From IMG/VR virus record IMGVR_UViG_3300045971_000149, positions 32,001-96,000 of that record: a stretch of 64,000 nucleotides of DNA. One strand, 5' to 3'. Shown here piece after piece: positions 1 through 10,184 of this stretch; the first letter of the stretch is position 1; each line of letters begins with the position of its first letter. The translations under genes and the position numbers were made by a program. Below the pieces are notes generated by a model. That model worked only from the letters and a program-made list of their open reading frames with translations. It had not been told where the DNA came from and did no database searches. This DNA is from a virus.

Positions 1-949
1 TAATATAGGTTGCATCTGTGTTAATTTTCTTATACCATCGGACTTGACCCATTTTCATAATAGGCTCTTTGCCCACAAGGTCGAACAACGATATCGAATT
101 GATAAGAGTTTCGTCAAAGATTAAGAATTCGCATTCGTGTTCTCGACGGAACCGTTCTTCACCGATACGTGCTTTTTCTTCATCAGCCCACTTTTGATTA
201 CGATCTGGATGTTCTTGCCAAAATGCTTGGAATGGAAAGAATCCGTTCTTTCCGAGGATTGTTTCATTTCCGAATTCGTCTTCTTTTTTATTAGCTTCAT
301 TCCAAATTTGTGCAAACTGATCTTCGTCACTATTAGGAGTGCTAGTAATAATAGCTTTACCACCTGTTGCAAGTGTAGGTGAAATAGAAGTCCAGAATTC
401 TGTAGCGATATTTGGCGGAACGAACGCAAACTCGTCGCAGTATAGAAGCGAAAGTGACATACCCCGTCCAGTAGTTTCTGTTGTAGTCTGTGCTACAATA
501 CGACTACCGTTTTCAAATTCCATACTTTGTTTGTTATAACTAGTAACTCCTGCACGAATGTGATCGGGACAAAGTTCGTATGCATAACGAATACGATTCA
601 TAATTTCCATAGCACCTGTATATTTGTGTGCTGCAATTAGGATAGTTGAATCCGGAACAAACATTGCATACCATAAAATATATCCGGCTGCGGTTGTAGT
701 TTTACCAGTCTGGCGCGGAAGTAAGTTTACATTAAATCTATGGTTGTGATAACTATCGATTAATCTACGCTGGTAATCGAATGCAGTGTAATGCAACTTT
801 CCTTTAGTAGGATGCTGAATATGAAAGAAGTGATCAAGAAAATAATGGGGATCATCAGTACATAACGAAATATCCTGAACATCTTGTTCCGTAAACCGCT
901 GCTTCTTATGCGCAGTTTTAATTAAATTGCCTTCGAGTATTTTAGCCAT
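1..949 (-). CDS. terL: Terminase large subunit (T4 gp17-like), runs off window edge
   Basis: Manual translation from ATG at 949: MAKILEGNLIK...LLPRQTGKTT (Walker A)...GRGMSLSLLYCDEFAF (Walker B)...IITSTPN; absent from ORF track because it is truncated. Confidence 0.95.
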   Translation of the reverse strand, partial: MAKILEGNLIKTAHKKQRFTEQDVQDISLCTDDPHYFLDHFFHIQHPTKGKLHYTAFDYQRRLIDSYHNHRFNVNLLPRQTGKTTTAAGYILWYAMFVPDSTILIAAHKYTGAMEIMNRIRYAYELCPDHIRAGVTSYNKQSMEFENGSRIVAQTTTETTGRGMSLSLLYCDEFAFVPPNIATEFWTSISPTLATGGKAIITSTPNSDEDQFAQIWNEANKKEDEFGNETILGKNGFFPFQAFWQEHPDRNQKWADEEKARIGEERFRREHECEFLIFDETLINSISLFDLVGKEPIMKMGQVRWYKKINTDATYI

Positions 950-962
950 ACTGTATTTACTC

Positions 963-990
963 AAAAAAATAGCCCCCGAAGGAGCTATTT
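963..990 (-). terminator. Intrinsic terminator
   Basis: Minus strand AAATAGCTCC-TTCG-GGGGCTATTT followed by T run. Confidence 0.85.
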
Positions 991-1004
991 GATGTAAGCA
1001 AGAA

Positions 1005-1913
1005 TTACTTCTTACTAACTTTACCTGAGCGTAAACGATCTAACAACTCATCGTCGTTCGGACCAGTGATTGCCTTGCCGACTTTCTTTGCAATCTTACT
1101 AACAATTCCCTGCTTCTTTTCAGGTTCTGGTTTATAATGTTGTCTAGCTTTGCTCGATTCTTCTGCTTCTGCCATGTATGTCTTATAGTCTTTCAATAAT
1201 TGAGTCTTAACTGTTTCAACTGCTTCAGCAAATGGGTTGCCGCCACCGTCTTTCTTTGCTGGTTCTTTTGGCTTAGATGTTACTTGATCGTCGCCGTAAT
1301 CGTGATCTTTAACTTTTGGCTCTGGAGAATTATCATAATGTGCTCCGTCGCTTGTTAACTCGTCAGTCATATCACGAACATCATCCGCCATATCGTTAAA
1401 ATGTGCTGCTTGTGCTGGCTCTTCTGCACCGCCGATGCTTTCATCTTCGTCGCCTAGGCCCGGTGCATCCATTGGCTCATCACTACCTTGTGGACCGTTC
1501 ATTTTATCAACGATGCCGATCATGTTTGCCATGTCATCAACTGGCTCCATGTGCCCTGCTTCTGGTTCAATTTCAACTTCTGCGTGTGGCTCCATTCCTG
1601 GTTCCATTCCCATTGTATCGCCAACTGGCTTCATGCCTGCTAACGATAAGATTTGACCAAGCATGTTTGCAACTTCGTCGCCAGTTTCAGCAGTTCCGTT
1701 GATGCTAAAGCTTGCTGGCATACGTGGAGGTTGCATACCACCCATCATCCCTAATGGTCCGCATTCAGCAACTGACGATTCTTGTACAGTTGACTTACCT
1801 GCAATATTAGAGATTGTCCCCATGCTCTTTTCTTGAGACATTGTTGGCTTCGCAACATTAGGGTTTGTAGCATCAATTTCAGCTAGACGTTTCATTACAT
1901 CGATCATTTGCAT
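1005..1913 (-). CDS. Acidic hypothetical protein, probably virion/head associated
   Basis: 302 aa ORF, AGGA RBS, in structural operon. Confidence 0.6.
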   Translation of the reverse strand: MQMIDVMKRLAEIDATNPNVAKPTMSQEKSMGTISNIAGKSTVQESSVAECGPLGMMGGMQPPRMPASFSINGTAETGDEVANMLGQILSLAGMKPVGDTMGMEPGMEPHAEVEIEPEAGHMEPVDDMANMIGIVDKMNGPQGSDEPMDAPGLGDEDESIGGAEEPAQAAHFNDMADDVRDMTDELTSDGAHYDNSPEPKVKDHDYGDDQVTSKPKEPAKKDGGGNPFAEAVETVKTQLLKDYKTYMAEAEESSKARQHYKPEPEKKQGIVSKIAKKVGKAITGPNDDELLDRLRSGKVSKK

Positions 1914-1924
1914 AATAATTTCCT

Positions 1925-2494
1925 TTACTTTGCCACAGGGCTTTTAGTGTTTTGTGGCAAGTCATTGGTTGTTTGTCCTTTGCCTTCTGTAGGGATAACT
2001 TCCCCACGTTCCTTTCTCTTTGCTTTTAAGTCGTCGTTCAACGCCTTTACAAGGCTGAGATTATATTTGTCACCGTAGTATTCTTCACTATTAACTTTTG
2101 GATGTTCAGAATAATTGCTATCGTTTAATAGCGCACCTGCGCGTTTTTCTGGAGCATTCTGATATTCTTCTTGAGGTTCGCCGGGGTTTCTAACTACGAT
2201 ATTCTGTTCATTAATTTGTAGACCGTTGCCTAAGTAACTCATTAATTCGTGGCCTGTAACCGGATAGTCAACAGTCACTTCGTAAATGTTAACTTCTACA
2301 TTACGATGTCTTGGAAAATCTAAAGGTAGTGATTGAACTGGAGTTCTTCCTGACTTTTTAAATTCTACAACTTTATACTTGTCTAACAGCGATTTAAGAG
2401 TGGCTTCCTGTTCGGTAGTGATTACTCCTGCAATCTTAACCTTAAAAGGATAGGTCTTTTTGCTTTCTGTTAGGTGTTCTTTAAATGACTTCAT
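1925..2494 (-). CDS. Hypothetical late protein with capsid-targeting-like N-terminus
   Basis: 189 aa; starts MKSFKEHLTE; TAAATA and AGGA upstream. Confidence 0.6.
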   Translation of the reverse strand: MKSFKEHLTESKKTYPFKVKIAGVITTEQEATLKSLLDKYKVVEFKKSGRTPVQSLPLDFPRHRNVEVNIYEVTVDYPVTGHELMSYLGNGLQINEQNIVVRNPGEPQEEYQNAPEKRAGALLNDSNYSEHPKVNSEEYYGDKYNLSLVKALNDDLKAKRKERGEVIPTEGKGQTTNDLPQNTKSPVAK

Positions 2495-2512
2495 TGGTAT
2501 GTTCCTAGTATG

Positions 2513-2992
2513 TTATTTATCAACATTTTTAAGTTTTGCTAGGAGACTATTGCGGTCAGTAATAATAAATCCTTTGCCCTCTACAGCATCTTCGGAGTTT
2601 TCTCCGACTGTCTTTTTGTCAATAGCAAGCTTCTTTAATTGTAGCTCGACCATTTTTAATTTTTTATCAATCTTAGCACTCTTTGCATCGACCGCAGTTT
2701 TTAGCATTGCACCTGCTACTTCAAACATTCTGCTCCCGTATCTTGCTTCAACGTTCATGCCTAAGTCCATTAAATCGTCAAATGCATCTTCTGCTTTCTT
2801 AGCAAGACCGTCTAGCTCAGTATCGCTCATCGAGCCCAATCCCTCTACTTTAGGTAGTGCTGCACTAATTTTATCAAATTCTTCTAATCGATCCTGCAGA
2901 TTTATAACAGCGGCAGGCGCTTCTTTACGAGGTTTAACTAGCGGCACTTCCGTGGAAGGAAGATTTAATAAAGTTTCAAGTTTCTTTGTCAT
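2513..2992 (-). CDS. Putative terminase small subunit (gp16-like)
   Basis: 159 aa helical protein with RMFEVAGAMLK resembling the gp16 core motif; near terL. Confidence 0.5.
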   Translation of the reverse strand: MTKKLETLLNLPSTEVPLVKPRKEAPAAVINLQDRLEEFDKISAALPKVEGLGSMSDTELDGLAKKAEDAFDDLMDLGMNVEARYGSRMFEVAGAMLKTAVDAKSAKIDKKLKMVELQLKKLAIDKKTVGENSEDAVEGKGFIITDRNSLLAKLKNVDK

Positions 2993-3000
2993 ATGATTAT

Positions 3001-3444
3001 TTAACGCTTCTTACCGCCCATATGGAAAATATCTTCTTCTGTGATAACTCTAAACATTAATCCTTGCTTTGCACACCACTGCCTAGCAACTTGCCACTTA
3101 GCCATGTTCTTGATATAGTGTGCTTGATTAAATTTATTCTTTCCTACTGACTCTGCAAATGCTTGATTACGCGGTTTAATTTCCCATATTTCAGCATGTT
3201 TCTTTTGATCTTTGTCAGTATACACAACAAGAAAGTCTGGAACATAAACAGTTGCTTTACCAGTTAACGGATCTCTATAAGGTATTTTAATACTCTCACT
3301 AGCCCATTGTTGTATGCCCGGATTTTCATCGAGCATTTTCATAACTGCTAATTCCCAGCTTGAACGATATCTCGGAACTCCGTTACCTATATATTTCTCA
3401 GAATTTTTAGGTTGAAAGGAACCTTGTGCATATTTTAAGCTCAT
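3001..3444 (-). CDS. Head completion nuclease (T4 gp4-like, TnsA/PD-(D/E)xK fold)
   Basis: YRSSWE, WASE, YVPDF, EIKP motifs. Confidence 0.85.
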   Translation of the reverse strand: MSLKYAQGSFQPKNSEKYIGNGVPRYRSSWELAVMKMLDENPGIQQWASESIKIPYRDPLTGKATVYVPDFLVVYTDKDQKKHAEIWEIKPRNQAFAESVGKNKFNQAHYIKNMAKWQVARQWCAKQGLMFRVITEEDIFHMGGKKR

Positions 3445-3818
3445 GCAACAATATTCCTAGCAACTTCTTCAGACACTGTAAATGCATTGCCGACCCCTAA
3501 GCTACTAGTTTTATATCTATTGTAGTTTAGCACCTGTGTAACTATTGCGCTAAGTTGTAAGTTTGAAACATTTTTAAGAGTTTCAATTAGTTCAAATGGA
3601 TTCACTTGATCGATTGTGCTTTGTTTAAGCATAATATATGCAATACTAGTTGCAGCATCTTTTTCGAACCCTCTGCTTTCGAAGAATCCTATCATCGCTG
3701 CATAGGTAGTTCCTTCTATACTAATAGGAGTGTTAGTATATGCATCAAATACTTTTAGAGTAAAATCTGCACTATCAGAAAGTTTAGATGTTTGGGGAGT
3801 ATTATTAATATATGTCAT
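3441..3818 (-). CDS. Hypothetical structural-region protein
   Basis: 125 aa ORF overlapping gp4-like start. Confidence 0.6.
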   Translation of the reverse strand: MTYINNTPQTSKLSDSADFTLKVFDAYTNTPISIEGTTYAAMIGFFESRGFEKDAATSIAYIMLKQSTIDQVNPFELIETLKNVSNLQLSAIVTQVLNYNRYKTSSLGVGNAFTVSEEVARNIVA

Positions 3819-3825
3819 GGTAATA

Positions 3826-5028
3826 TTACTTAGTCACACTAACAGGAGTTCCTTGAAAAGTGCCAGCTTGCCGGCCGCCTAGATTAATTCCTAATCCGCT
3901 AAGTGTGTTTCCTAACCCTGGGGCATTTTGTTGAATAATATTTCCTAGCACGCCAGTAGGACTCACTCCGCCACCGAGTATCGAGCTCTGTGCACCTGAT
4001 AATACACCCGCACCCATTACCGCAGCATTTAACAGATTAATTGGACTCTTACCGGTATTGCCTAGCCCAGTAACGTCCCCTATTAAGTCTAACGCGCCAT
4101 TAACAGTTCCGTTCATATGATCGCCGATGCCTAACGGGCTTGCAGTATGATCGTACTGTAATTTAGCAAATCCAGTAGGATTATCTTCTACCACTTGTCC
4201 TTTTCCGTAGAATACAGTTTCGTACATAATTGACATTCTACTTTCTGCAATTTTATTACCAGAAGTTTGATCTAATTTATCATGTTCCCAGTTGGAAATG
4301 ATTGGATTGACTAACTGGAAACTAGTAAACAATTGTCTGTTTAACTGATATATTGTAATGTTTTTAAAGAACGGGGATTTTACTACCGGTGAATTTAACC
4401 CGTAATCTGTTGCCCCGTATAGATTGTTTAGATTTGAATATTGAGAACTAGGTTCGAAGCCACCTTTACCGCCTCCGGCAATGCCACCGATTGCACTGCT
4501 AACTGCACTACCTGCCATTCCACCTAATACGCCGCCGAGTAACCCGCCGCCGAGTACTCCACCTACTGCATTCTTAGCTAGCGCCCCTGCACCGCCGGAT
4601 AACTGTGTACCTAGCCCATTATTTGCATCGGCAAAATAATATCTATAATAGTTTAGCCATAAATTATGTGTAGCATTACTTTGATCGTCGTGCATTGTAA
4701 TGTTAACAGGATTATATGTTATTCCTTTCTGAATAACAGTTTTTCTATTATACTGATGCATTACTTCAGTCTGTGGAGTAAATTTAGGAAGGTCGGCGGT
4801 CTTTACTAACATACCTACTATCGACTGATCTCTTGCTAACCAACTAGCATCTGTTATTGCGTCCTGATTTATCTCGTATGTCACATAATACATCCAGCTC
4901 ACTTTCGGAGCCAATGCATAAGGGAGCCCGTCCCTAGAATCTAAGTAGAGTCTTGCTGCGTGAGAATAGTCCTTTACTAAAACATCAGTATGGATATTAG
5001 GAGTAATATAGGCATTAATATTTGACAT
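3826..5028 (-). CDS. Tail-tube-fold baseplate protein (gp54/gp48-like) with Gly-rich insertions
   Basis: VKTADLPKF..QYNRK..YNPVNITMHDD tube-like pattern; adjacent to tail tube gene. Confidence 0.6.
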   Translation of the reverse strand: MSNINAYITPNIHTDVLVKDYSHAARLYLDSRDGLPYALAPKVSWMYYVTYEINQDAITDASWLARDQSIVGMLVKTADLPKFTPQTEVMHQYNRKTVIQKGITYNPVNITMHDDQSNATHNLWLNYYRYYFADANNGLGTQLSGGAGALAKNAVGGVLGGGLLGGVLGGMAGSAVSSAIGGIAGGGKGGFEPSSQYSNLNNLYGATDYGLNSPVVKSPFFKNITIYQLNRQLFTSFQLVNPIISNWEHDKLDQTSGNKIAESRMSIMYETVFYGKGQVVEDNPTGFAKLQYDHTASPLGIGDHMNGTVNGALDLIGDVTGLGNTGKSPINLLNAAVMGAGVLSGAQSSILGGGVSPTGVLGNIIQQNAPGLGNTLSGLGINLGGRQAGTFQGTPVSVTK

Positions 5029-5044
5029 AATAATATTTAGTCAT

Positions 5045-5070
5045 AAAAAAAGGCCCATTGCTGAGCCTTT
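5045..5070 (-). terminator. Intrinsic terminator after tail tube gene
   Basis: Minus strand AAAGGCTCA-GCAA-TGGGCCTTTTTT. Confidence 0.8.
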
Positions 5071-5085
5071 CTATTTGAAACAGTA

Positions 5086-5715
5086 TTACTTACCTTGACC
5101 AGTTGCCTGAGCAGAAGCAGAATCAAACGGAGCACGTTTAACAGTATCACCTGTAATAGTAGCAGCAGTTTGAACAGCATTATCAAATGTTAACATCATA
5201 GTAATATCCATTGGATCACTAGACTTATAATCGCCACCTTGGTATGTTACTTTGTTTAAGTAGCATCCATAAAGTGTCCATGTTTCTAGCGTAGTAGGAG
5301 TATATGCGCCGTTGCCGCCGTCGAGTAACTCGATGACTGCTGAGAACTTATAATCAATACCAGATGCTGCACTTGCTTGTTCGAAGAAGTCGAACTGCTT
5401 CTGAAGTTGTTCAGAAACTAAACGGCTAACTGCATTAGAAACGTCGTCGCGCACAACAAGAGTAGCATCAGCCCAGCTAGGCTTACCAGCGTACTTAATC
5501 TTACTGTTATATACGTCGAGAGTGATTGTCTCAAACGATACTTCAGGACGTGAGCAAGTTACAACCTGCTTTGTCAGTTCTGTTCTAGGAGTTGTTACAC
5601 CAAAGTTTTCCAAAGTAACGCGGAAGCGATACTTTAACTTTGGCATCAACATACCTTCGTTTTGTGCACCGCCTACTACCGGTACTGATAATTTGTTTAA
5701 ACTTGCTACGGCCAT
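5086..5715 (-). CDS. Tail tube protein (gp19-like)
   Basis: PKLKYRFRV, YAGKPSW, ETWTLYGC, TFDNA; directly downstream of sheath; strong AAGGAG RBS. Confidence 0.85.
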   Translation of the reverse strand: MAVASLNKLSVPVVGGAQNEGMLMPKLKYRFRVTLENFGVTTPRTELTKQVVTCSRPEVSFETITLDVYNSKIKYAGKPSWADATLVVRDDVSNAVSRLVSEQLQKQFDFFEQASAASGIDYKFSAVIELLDGGNGAYTPTTLETWTLYGCYLNKVTYQGGDYKSSDPMDITMMLTFDNAVQTAATITGDTVKRAPFDSASAQATGQGK

Positions 5716-5745
5716 AATATGCTCCTTGTCCTTTTATTTATTGTG

Positions 5746-8700
5746 TTAAGCTAGGGTGTATGTTCCAGACTTAATAGCACCAGTGTTTACAATACGTAAT
5801 GGAACGTAAATGAACTCAACTGCCTTAACTGGCTCAATAGCAAGGTCTAACCATAGTTCTGAACGGTCAATTCTTGCAGGTGTATTGTTAGATTCATCGC
5901 AAACTACGATAAAGTCATACAATGCACGTTGACCGACAAGTTCCAACAACAGACTTGTTACAGCATTTTTAATTTCGTTGCGTGTAATCTTGTCATTTGG
6001 TTCAAACAAATATGGGCGGCTTAAAACATCTAGCTGACGACGTAAGTATGCAACTAATCTCGATACATTAATACGATCCAACGCACTTGAGCCATTAGCA
6101 CGAGTGTATTGTCCCATTGCAACAATGCCAGCACCAGTTAATGTAGCGATTGGATTAATCTTAACACTTGCCATCACATCACGCACGCCTGTTGGCAATG
6201 CTGTTGACTTGAATTCACCATTTTCTAAGTAACCGACTGAAGTAGCATTATCAATACCACCACGACGGATACCAGCTGGAGCAAACCATGGATAGCTCTT
6301 TGCGTCACTATTAACAATCATACGCAATGCCATGTGGCTTGGCGGAACAACAATATAGTTGCCTGCTAAGTCGTTTGTATATCCGCTTGGATAGTACATT
6401 GCCATATATTCGTTATAGCTAACTCCGCCCTTATCGCTGTTGTCAAATGCTCCGTTAGAGTTAAGACCCCATGCCTTCAAGTCAGTACCCGTTGCCTTTA
6501 AGCGCATCGGAGTGTCACCAATAACAAATCCAGAGAATGCACGATCAGCATTTAAGCTAATCATATTCTGAATCAATTCTGGGTAACCTGGGCAAACAAT
6601 TAGATTGTATGTTAATGTATCGGTATCTCTAATCGAAACATTTGCATCCATTGCGCTCTTAAGTCCCTTAATAACAAAGCCACGTTGTGCATGACGTCCA
6701 AAACTTCCTGCACCTGTATCTTGATTCGGACTTACGCTAATCCAACGATTTGCATTGTATCGAACTGTTCCACCTGAACCGTCCATTGGAAGATTCATAC
6801 GTAAGTTAATACCGTTGTTAGCAAGTACATTGATGTAATCTGCAACATATTGCTTAACATTAAATCCTGAACGACGAAGATTCCACAATCTCATACCACG
6901 TGGATATTCGGCTGGATCCGGTGCATCTGGATCAACAAAACTACTAAAACGTAAATCTGCAATAGAACTTGGATTTACTGCGTCGCCGCTTGTTGCCCAA
7001 CGTGCATCAGCAAACAACCATCCTGTTGGGCTTGTTTGATCTGTAGGATCTTGAAGAATCCAAGATAAAGTATATAGACCGTCGTACACATAAATTACTT
7101 GGCCGTATTGTTCGATATCAGCGGTGCTAATCCAGATATCACCGTCTGCAAGCGGAGTACCTTTGCTCTGTGTAAGAGGTTTAGTAGCACTTACAATTGG
7201 CCCATTAACGTCTGCGTTAGGGAATACTGTGGCATAACCTGCCCACTTTTGACCGTCGTGAACCATAACATCCACTTGATCAACTATTGAACTATACCAA
7301 AGTTGACCATTTGCAGGAGCAGAACTTGGGGAAGTTGCACTAGCAGAAAATACTAATGTTCTCCAGTTACTTGCTTTAGCAGTAGCACCTGTTGGTTCAT
7401 AAGCACCTGCTGAATAAAAATTAGCAGTATGATCCCACTGACCTGTAACACTATTGTAAACAGAAGGAATAAATCCAACAGTACCTAAGATGTTAGTAGT
7501 ATCTTTAAATAGAATTTCTCCGCCAGTGTTGTGAACAATGCTAACTGATCCATCTACATTAATTGTTGAATTGATATTAGGAATTCCAGATGCATTAACT
7601 GCTGCAACGAAATCACTAATAGTAGTTCCTTGTATTGTAACAGTAGTTGTGTTAACATAACCAGTAACTCCTGCAACGGATGCACTAATCTGTAAGCTAG
7701 AACCGGTAGTTAATGCAACAGTTGTTGTTGAAACATTGCTAGTAATTGTAGTAGGGCTAATACCAACTCTGCGTTGAACTGTGAAGTTTGCAAACGATGG
7801 AAGTCCTGGAGTAGAGTCGTTACCGTGATTATAATTGCTTTCAATAAACAATGTGCCAACTGGAATATTCACTCCCCCGCCTGCCTTATCTAAGCTGTAA
7901 GTTGCCTCTGCACCTGTAGCATAGATTGGAGATTTTACTAAGTTAAATGCATTACTTGTAGCATTATATTGTTTAACTGACCAGTATGCACCACCATTTG
8001 GAATAGTAGTCTTAACATAAACGCTTCCTGCTGGACGAGCAGATGAGCCTGTCCAAGATGGAAACTGTGTGTGAGGTCCGACAAATACTGTTGGGCCAAA
8101 ATATGTCTTTGCGCTCAATCCAAGTTGTGCAAGTAAAGTTGCATCGCCGCTGATAGCAATATTACCATCTGCGGTAACTCCGTTGCTCTTAGCAGTTGAA
8201 GAAGCAAATAATGCCAATGCGCCGCCGACTACCTTTGCACCAACACCCTTAGTTTGAAGTAATGGGTTAATTGCAAGGGCAATATCAGCCATTGCATATC
8301 CGGATGCAACTGTAACTGTAGTAGCATTAATAATTAGTGTACCTGCAACGGATGTAGCTGCAAGAATCTTACCTGTAGCAGTTGGCCAACTTGTTGCCCA
8401 TGATGTGCTAACGAATGTATTATTTGATGCGCCGGTAAAATTAGCTTCGATGTTTGATCCAACTTCAACCCAATTACCGTTTAAGTTCTTGTAGAATGTA
8501 TGAACTTGTTCAAGTGGTTGATTAACTGCAACTGCATAAGAACCTACAACGCCGAAGCTAGCTTTTGGCTTTTGATTAATTGAATCAAATTGTGTTGCGG
8601 CATTGCTATCGTCGATAATAAGCGGAGTAACATCTTTAAATGCACCAGTAGATCCCCATTCGAAAATACCAAACTGTGAGTTCGAAGTGTCAACCCAATA

Positions 8701-9102
8701 TGCGCCATCTTTAGGGGCACCAGACGGAGTACTTGATTGCGGAGTAAGACCTGAAAGATCAACTCCGGCTCTAACAACATACGCCTGCGAGCTAACGCCT
8801 AACAAACTGTAAGCTGCTTGAAGACCGTACTCGTTAAGTTCTCCACCGTGAACAGGATTACCTGATGCATCAGTGTAGAATACTGGAACACCAAAGGTGT
8901 CTGCCAAATCACGTTGGCCAGTTACTGTCCAAATCTTTCCGGCGTTTGACGGAAGTGTTCCAGGTGCAGTAACACCCGATGGATTCTTCTTGTTACTTGC
9001 TGAAGCAACAAAGATTAAAGGAATTGTCCCTGGTGCAGCTTGTGTATAGAAACTCTCGTTAACTACGCTAACTGCTACGCCTGGTGAATTTAGTGTGGCC
9101 AT
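5746..9102 (-). CDS. Tail sheath protein (gp18-like) with large insertion domains
   Basis: N-term SPGVAV, C-term PWFAPAGIRRG, DRINVSRL, LFEPND, IEPVKAVEFI. Confidence 0.95.
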   Translation of the reverse strand: MATLNSPGVAVSVVNESFYTQAAPGTIPLIFVASASNKKNPSGVTAPGTLPSNAGKIWTVTGQRDLADTFGVPVFYTDASGNPVHGGELNEYGLQAAYSLLGVSSQAYVVRAGVDLSGLTPQSSTPSGAPKDGAYWVDTSNSQFGIFEWGSTGAFKDVTPLIIDDSNAATQFDSINQKPKASFGVVGSYAVAVNQPLEQVHTFYKNLNGNWVEVGSNIEANFTGASNNTFVSTSWATSWPTATGKILAATSVAGTLIINATTVTVASGYAMADIALAINPLLQTKGVGAKVVGGALALFASSTAKSNGVTADGNIAISGDATLLAQLGLSAKTYFGPTVFVGPHTQFPSWTGSSARPAGSVYVKTTIPNGGAYWSVKQYNATSNAFNLVKSPIYATGAEATYSLDKAGGGVNIPVGTLFIESNYNHGNDSTPGLPSFANFTVQRRVGISPTTITSNVSTTTVALTTGSSLQISASVAGVTGYVNTTTVTIQGTTISDFVAAVNASGIPNINSTINVDGSVSIVHNTGGEILFKDTTNILGTVGFIPSVYNSVTGQWDHTANFYSAGAYEPTGATAKASNWRTLVFSASATSPSSAPANGQLWYSSIVDQVDVMVHDGQKWAGYATVFPNADVNGPIVSATKPLTQSKGTPLADGDIWISTADIEQYGQVIYVYDGLYTLSWILQDPTDQTSPTGWLFADARWATSGDAVNPSSIADLRFSSFVDPDAPDPAEYPRGMRLWNLRRSGFNVKQYVADYINVLANNGINLRMNLPMDGSGGTVRYNANRWISVSPNQDTGAGSFGRHAQRGFVIKGLKSAMDANVSIRDTDTLTYNLIVCPGYPELIQNMISLNADRAFSGFVIGDTPMRLKATGTDLKAWGLNSNGAFDNSDKGGVSYNEYMAMYYPSGYTNDLAGNYIVVPPSHMALRMIVNSDAKSYPWFAPAGIRRGGIDNATSVGYLENGEFKSTALPTGVRDVMASVKINPIATLTGAGIVAMGQYTRANGSSALDRINVSRLVAYLRRQLDVLSRPYLFEPNDKITRNEIKNAVTSLLLELVGQRALYDFIVVCDESNNTPARIDRSELWLDLAIEPVKAVEFIYVPLRIVNTGAIKSGTYTLA

Positions 9103-9202
9103 TTATTGCTCTCCAAATATGGTTTTATCTAGTATATTTAGTTCAGCAATCAAATTTCGCCGGGTAAATATATAGTGAAAAGGCACCAAAAAGGGCGGGG
9201 TT

Positions 9203-9538
9203 ATGAGAGGATTATGTAAAACCTGTGGAAGTAGACCAGTTGCAATCAACTATAAAAAAGAAGAAAGGGTTTTCTATCGGAGTCAGTGCGACCATTGTGC
9301 AAAGGGACGCAATATCGGAAAGCCGATGTGGTATATCTCGGGCTATCGACTAAAGTGTAAATGTGATAGGTGTGGGTTTGAAAGCAAATACAAAGAGCAA
9401 TTCGATGTATTCTATATTGACGGCAACCCCACAAATTGCCGTCATACAAATTTAAAAAGTGTCTGTGCTAATTGCCAACGTATTCTCCATGCGCTTCGAT
9501 TACCGTGGAAACGGGGAGACCTGACGCCAGACTTTTAA
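9203..9538 (+). CDS. Zn-finger/HNH-like protein, catalytic His apparently lost
   Basis: Four CxxC pairs; DVFYIDGNPTN..NLKSVCANC in place of HHxDGNxxNN. Confidence 0.6.
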   Translation: MRGLCKTCGSRPVAINYKKEERVFYRSQCDHCAKGRNIGKPMWYISGYRLKCKCDRCGFESKYKEQFDVFYIDGNPTNCRHTNLKSVCANCQRILHALRLPWKRGDLTPDF

Positions 9539-10130
9539 CTTGTTGGTATAACTCGTCAATATTTCCGTTATTATCAATTACTGCATCGAACGGTGTTCCT
9601 ACCCATGCCCATTCACTTGCATGAACTTCGGGAAATGCTGTACGCATATGGTTAAAGGTACTGCGATTTGATTCAACTGCAAGATTATACCATTCCGGTA
9701 ATGCGCCACGCTGTACCCAAACTACTTGGCCGCCTTGTGCTTTAATAGCGGTTATCTCATTTGGAAATCGGCAGTCGCTAATTACAATATCATCTGTACT
9801 AGATCGAAGTTTATTCTCTAAGCTTGCAATCCACATATCATTATGAAAACCGTTTCGACAAACTTCGGTTCCCCAGTGTTGCAAAATCCATCGCGGAGTA
9901 AGTTGTGGCATTCCTAATCGAGCAGCCCACCAAGTATCTATTTGCTCACGCCACTCTCGAGCAGCTTTTGTACGGCCTTCAAGCAGTTCTCTATCCCAAC
10001 CGAATACTGCGGCAACTGCATCTTTCAAAGTTGCAGCAAACGAATCACGCCGAAATTCGTGGAAGTTTACAAGATAGTCCGCAACAGTATCTTTACCTGC
10101 ACCAATAAACCCACATACACCTATAATCAT
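9468..10130 (-). CDS. Deoxynucleoside monophosphate kinase (T4 gp1-like)
   Basis: IIGVCGFIGAGKDT, FAATLKD, PRWILQHWGTE, ISDCRFPNE, HASE. Confidence 0.92.
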   Translation of the reverse strand: MIIGVCGFIGAGKDTVADYLVNFHEFRRDSFAATLKDAVAAVFGWDRELLEGRTKAAREWREQIDTWWAARLGMPQLTPRWILQHWGTEVCRNGFHNDMWIASLENKLRSSTDDIVISDCRFPNEITAIKAQGGQVVWVQRGALPEWYNLAVESNRSTFNHMRTAFPEVHASEWAWVGTPFDAVIDNNGNIDELYQQVKSLASGLPVSTVIEAHGEYVGN

Positions 10131-10184
10131 AGCATCTCCTGATACTATAATTTACTATAATTTAATATAATTGTCAATAATTTA

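Noticed and set aside
121-539. Three short ORFs at window start
   Set aside because: They overlap the terminase large subunit frame (1..949 minus)
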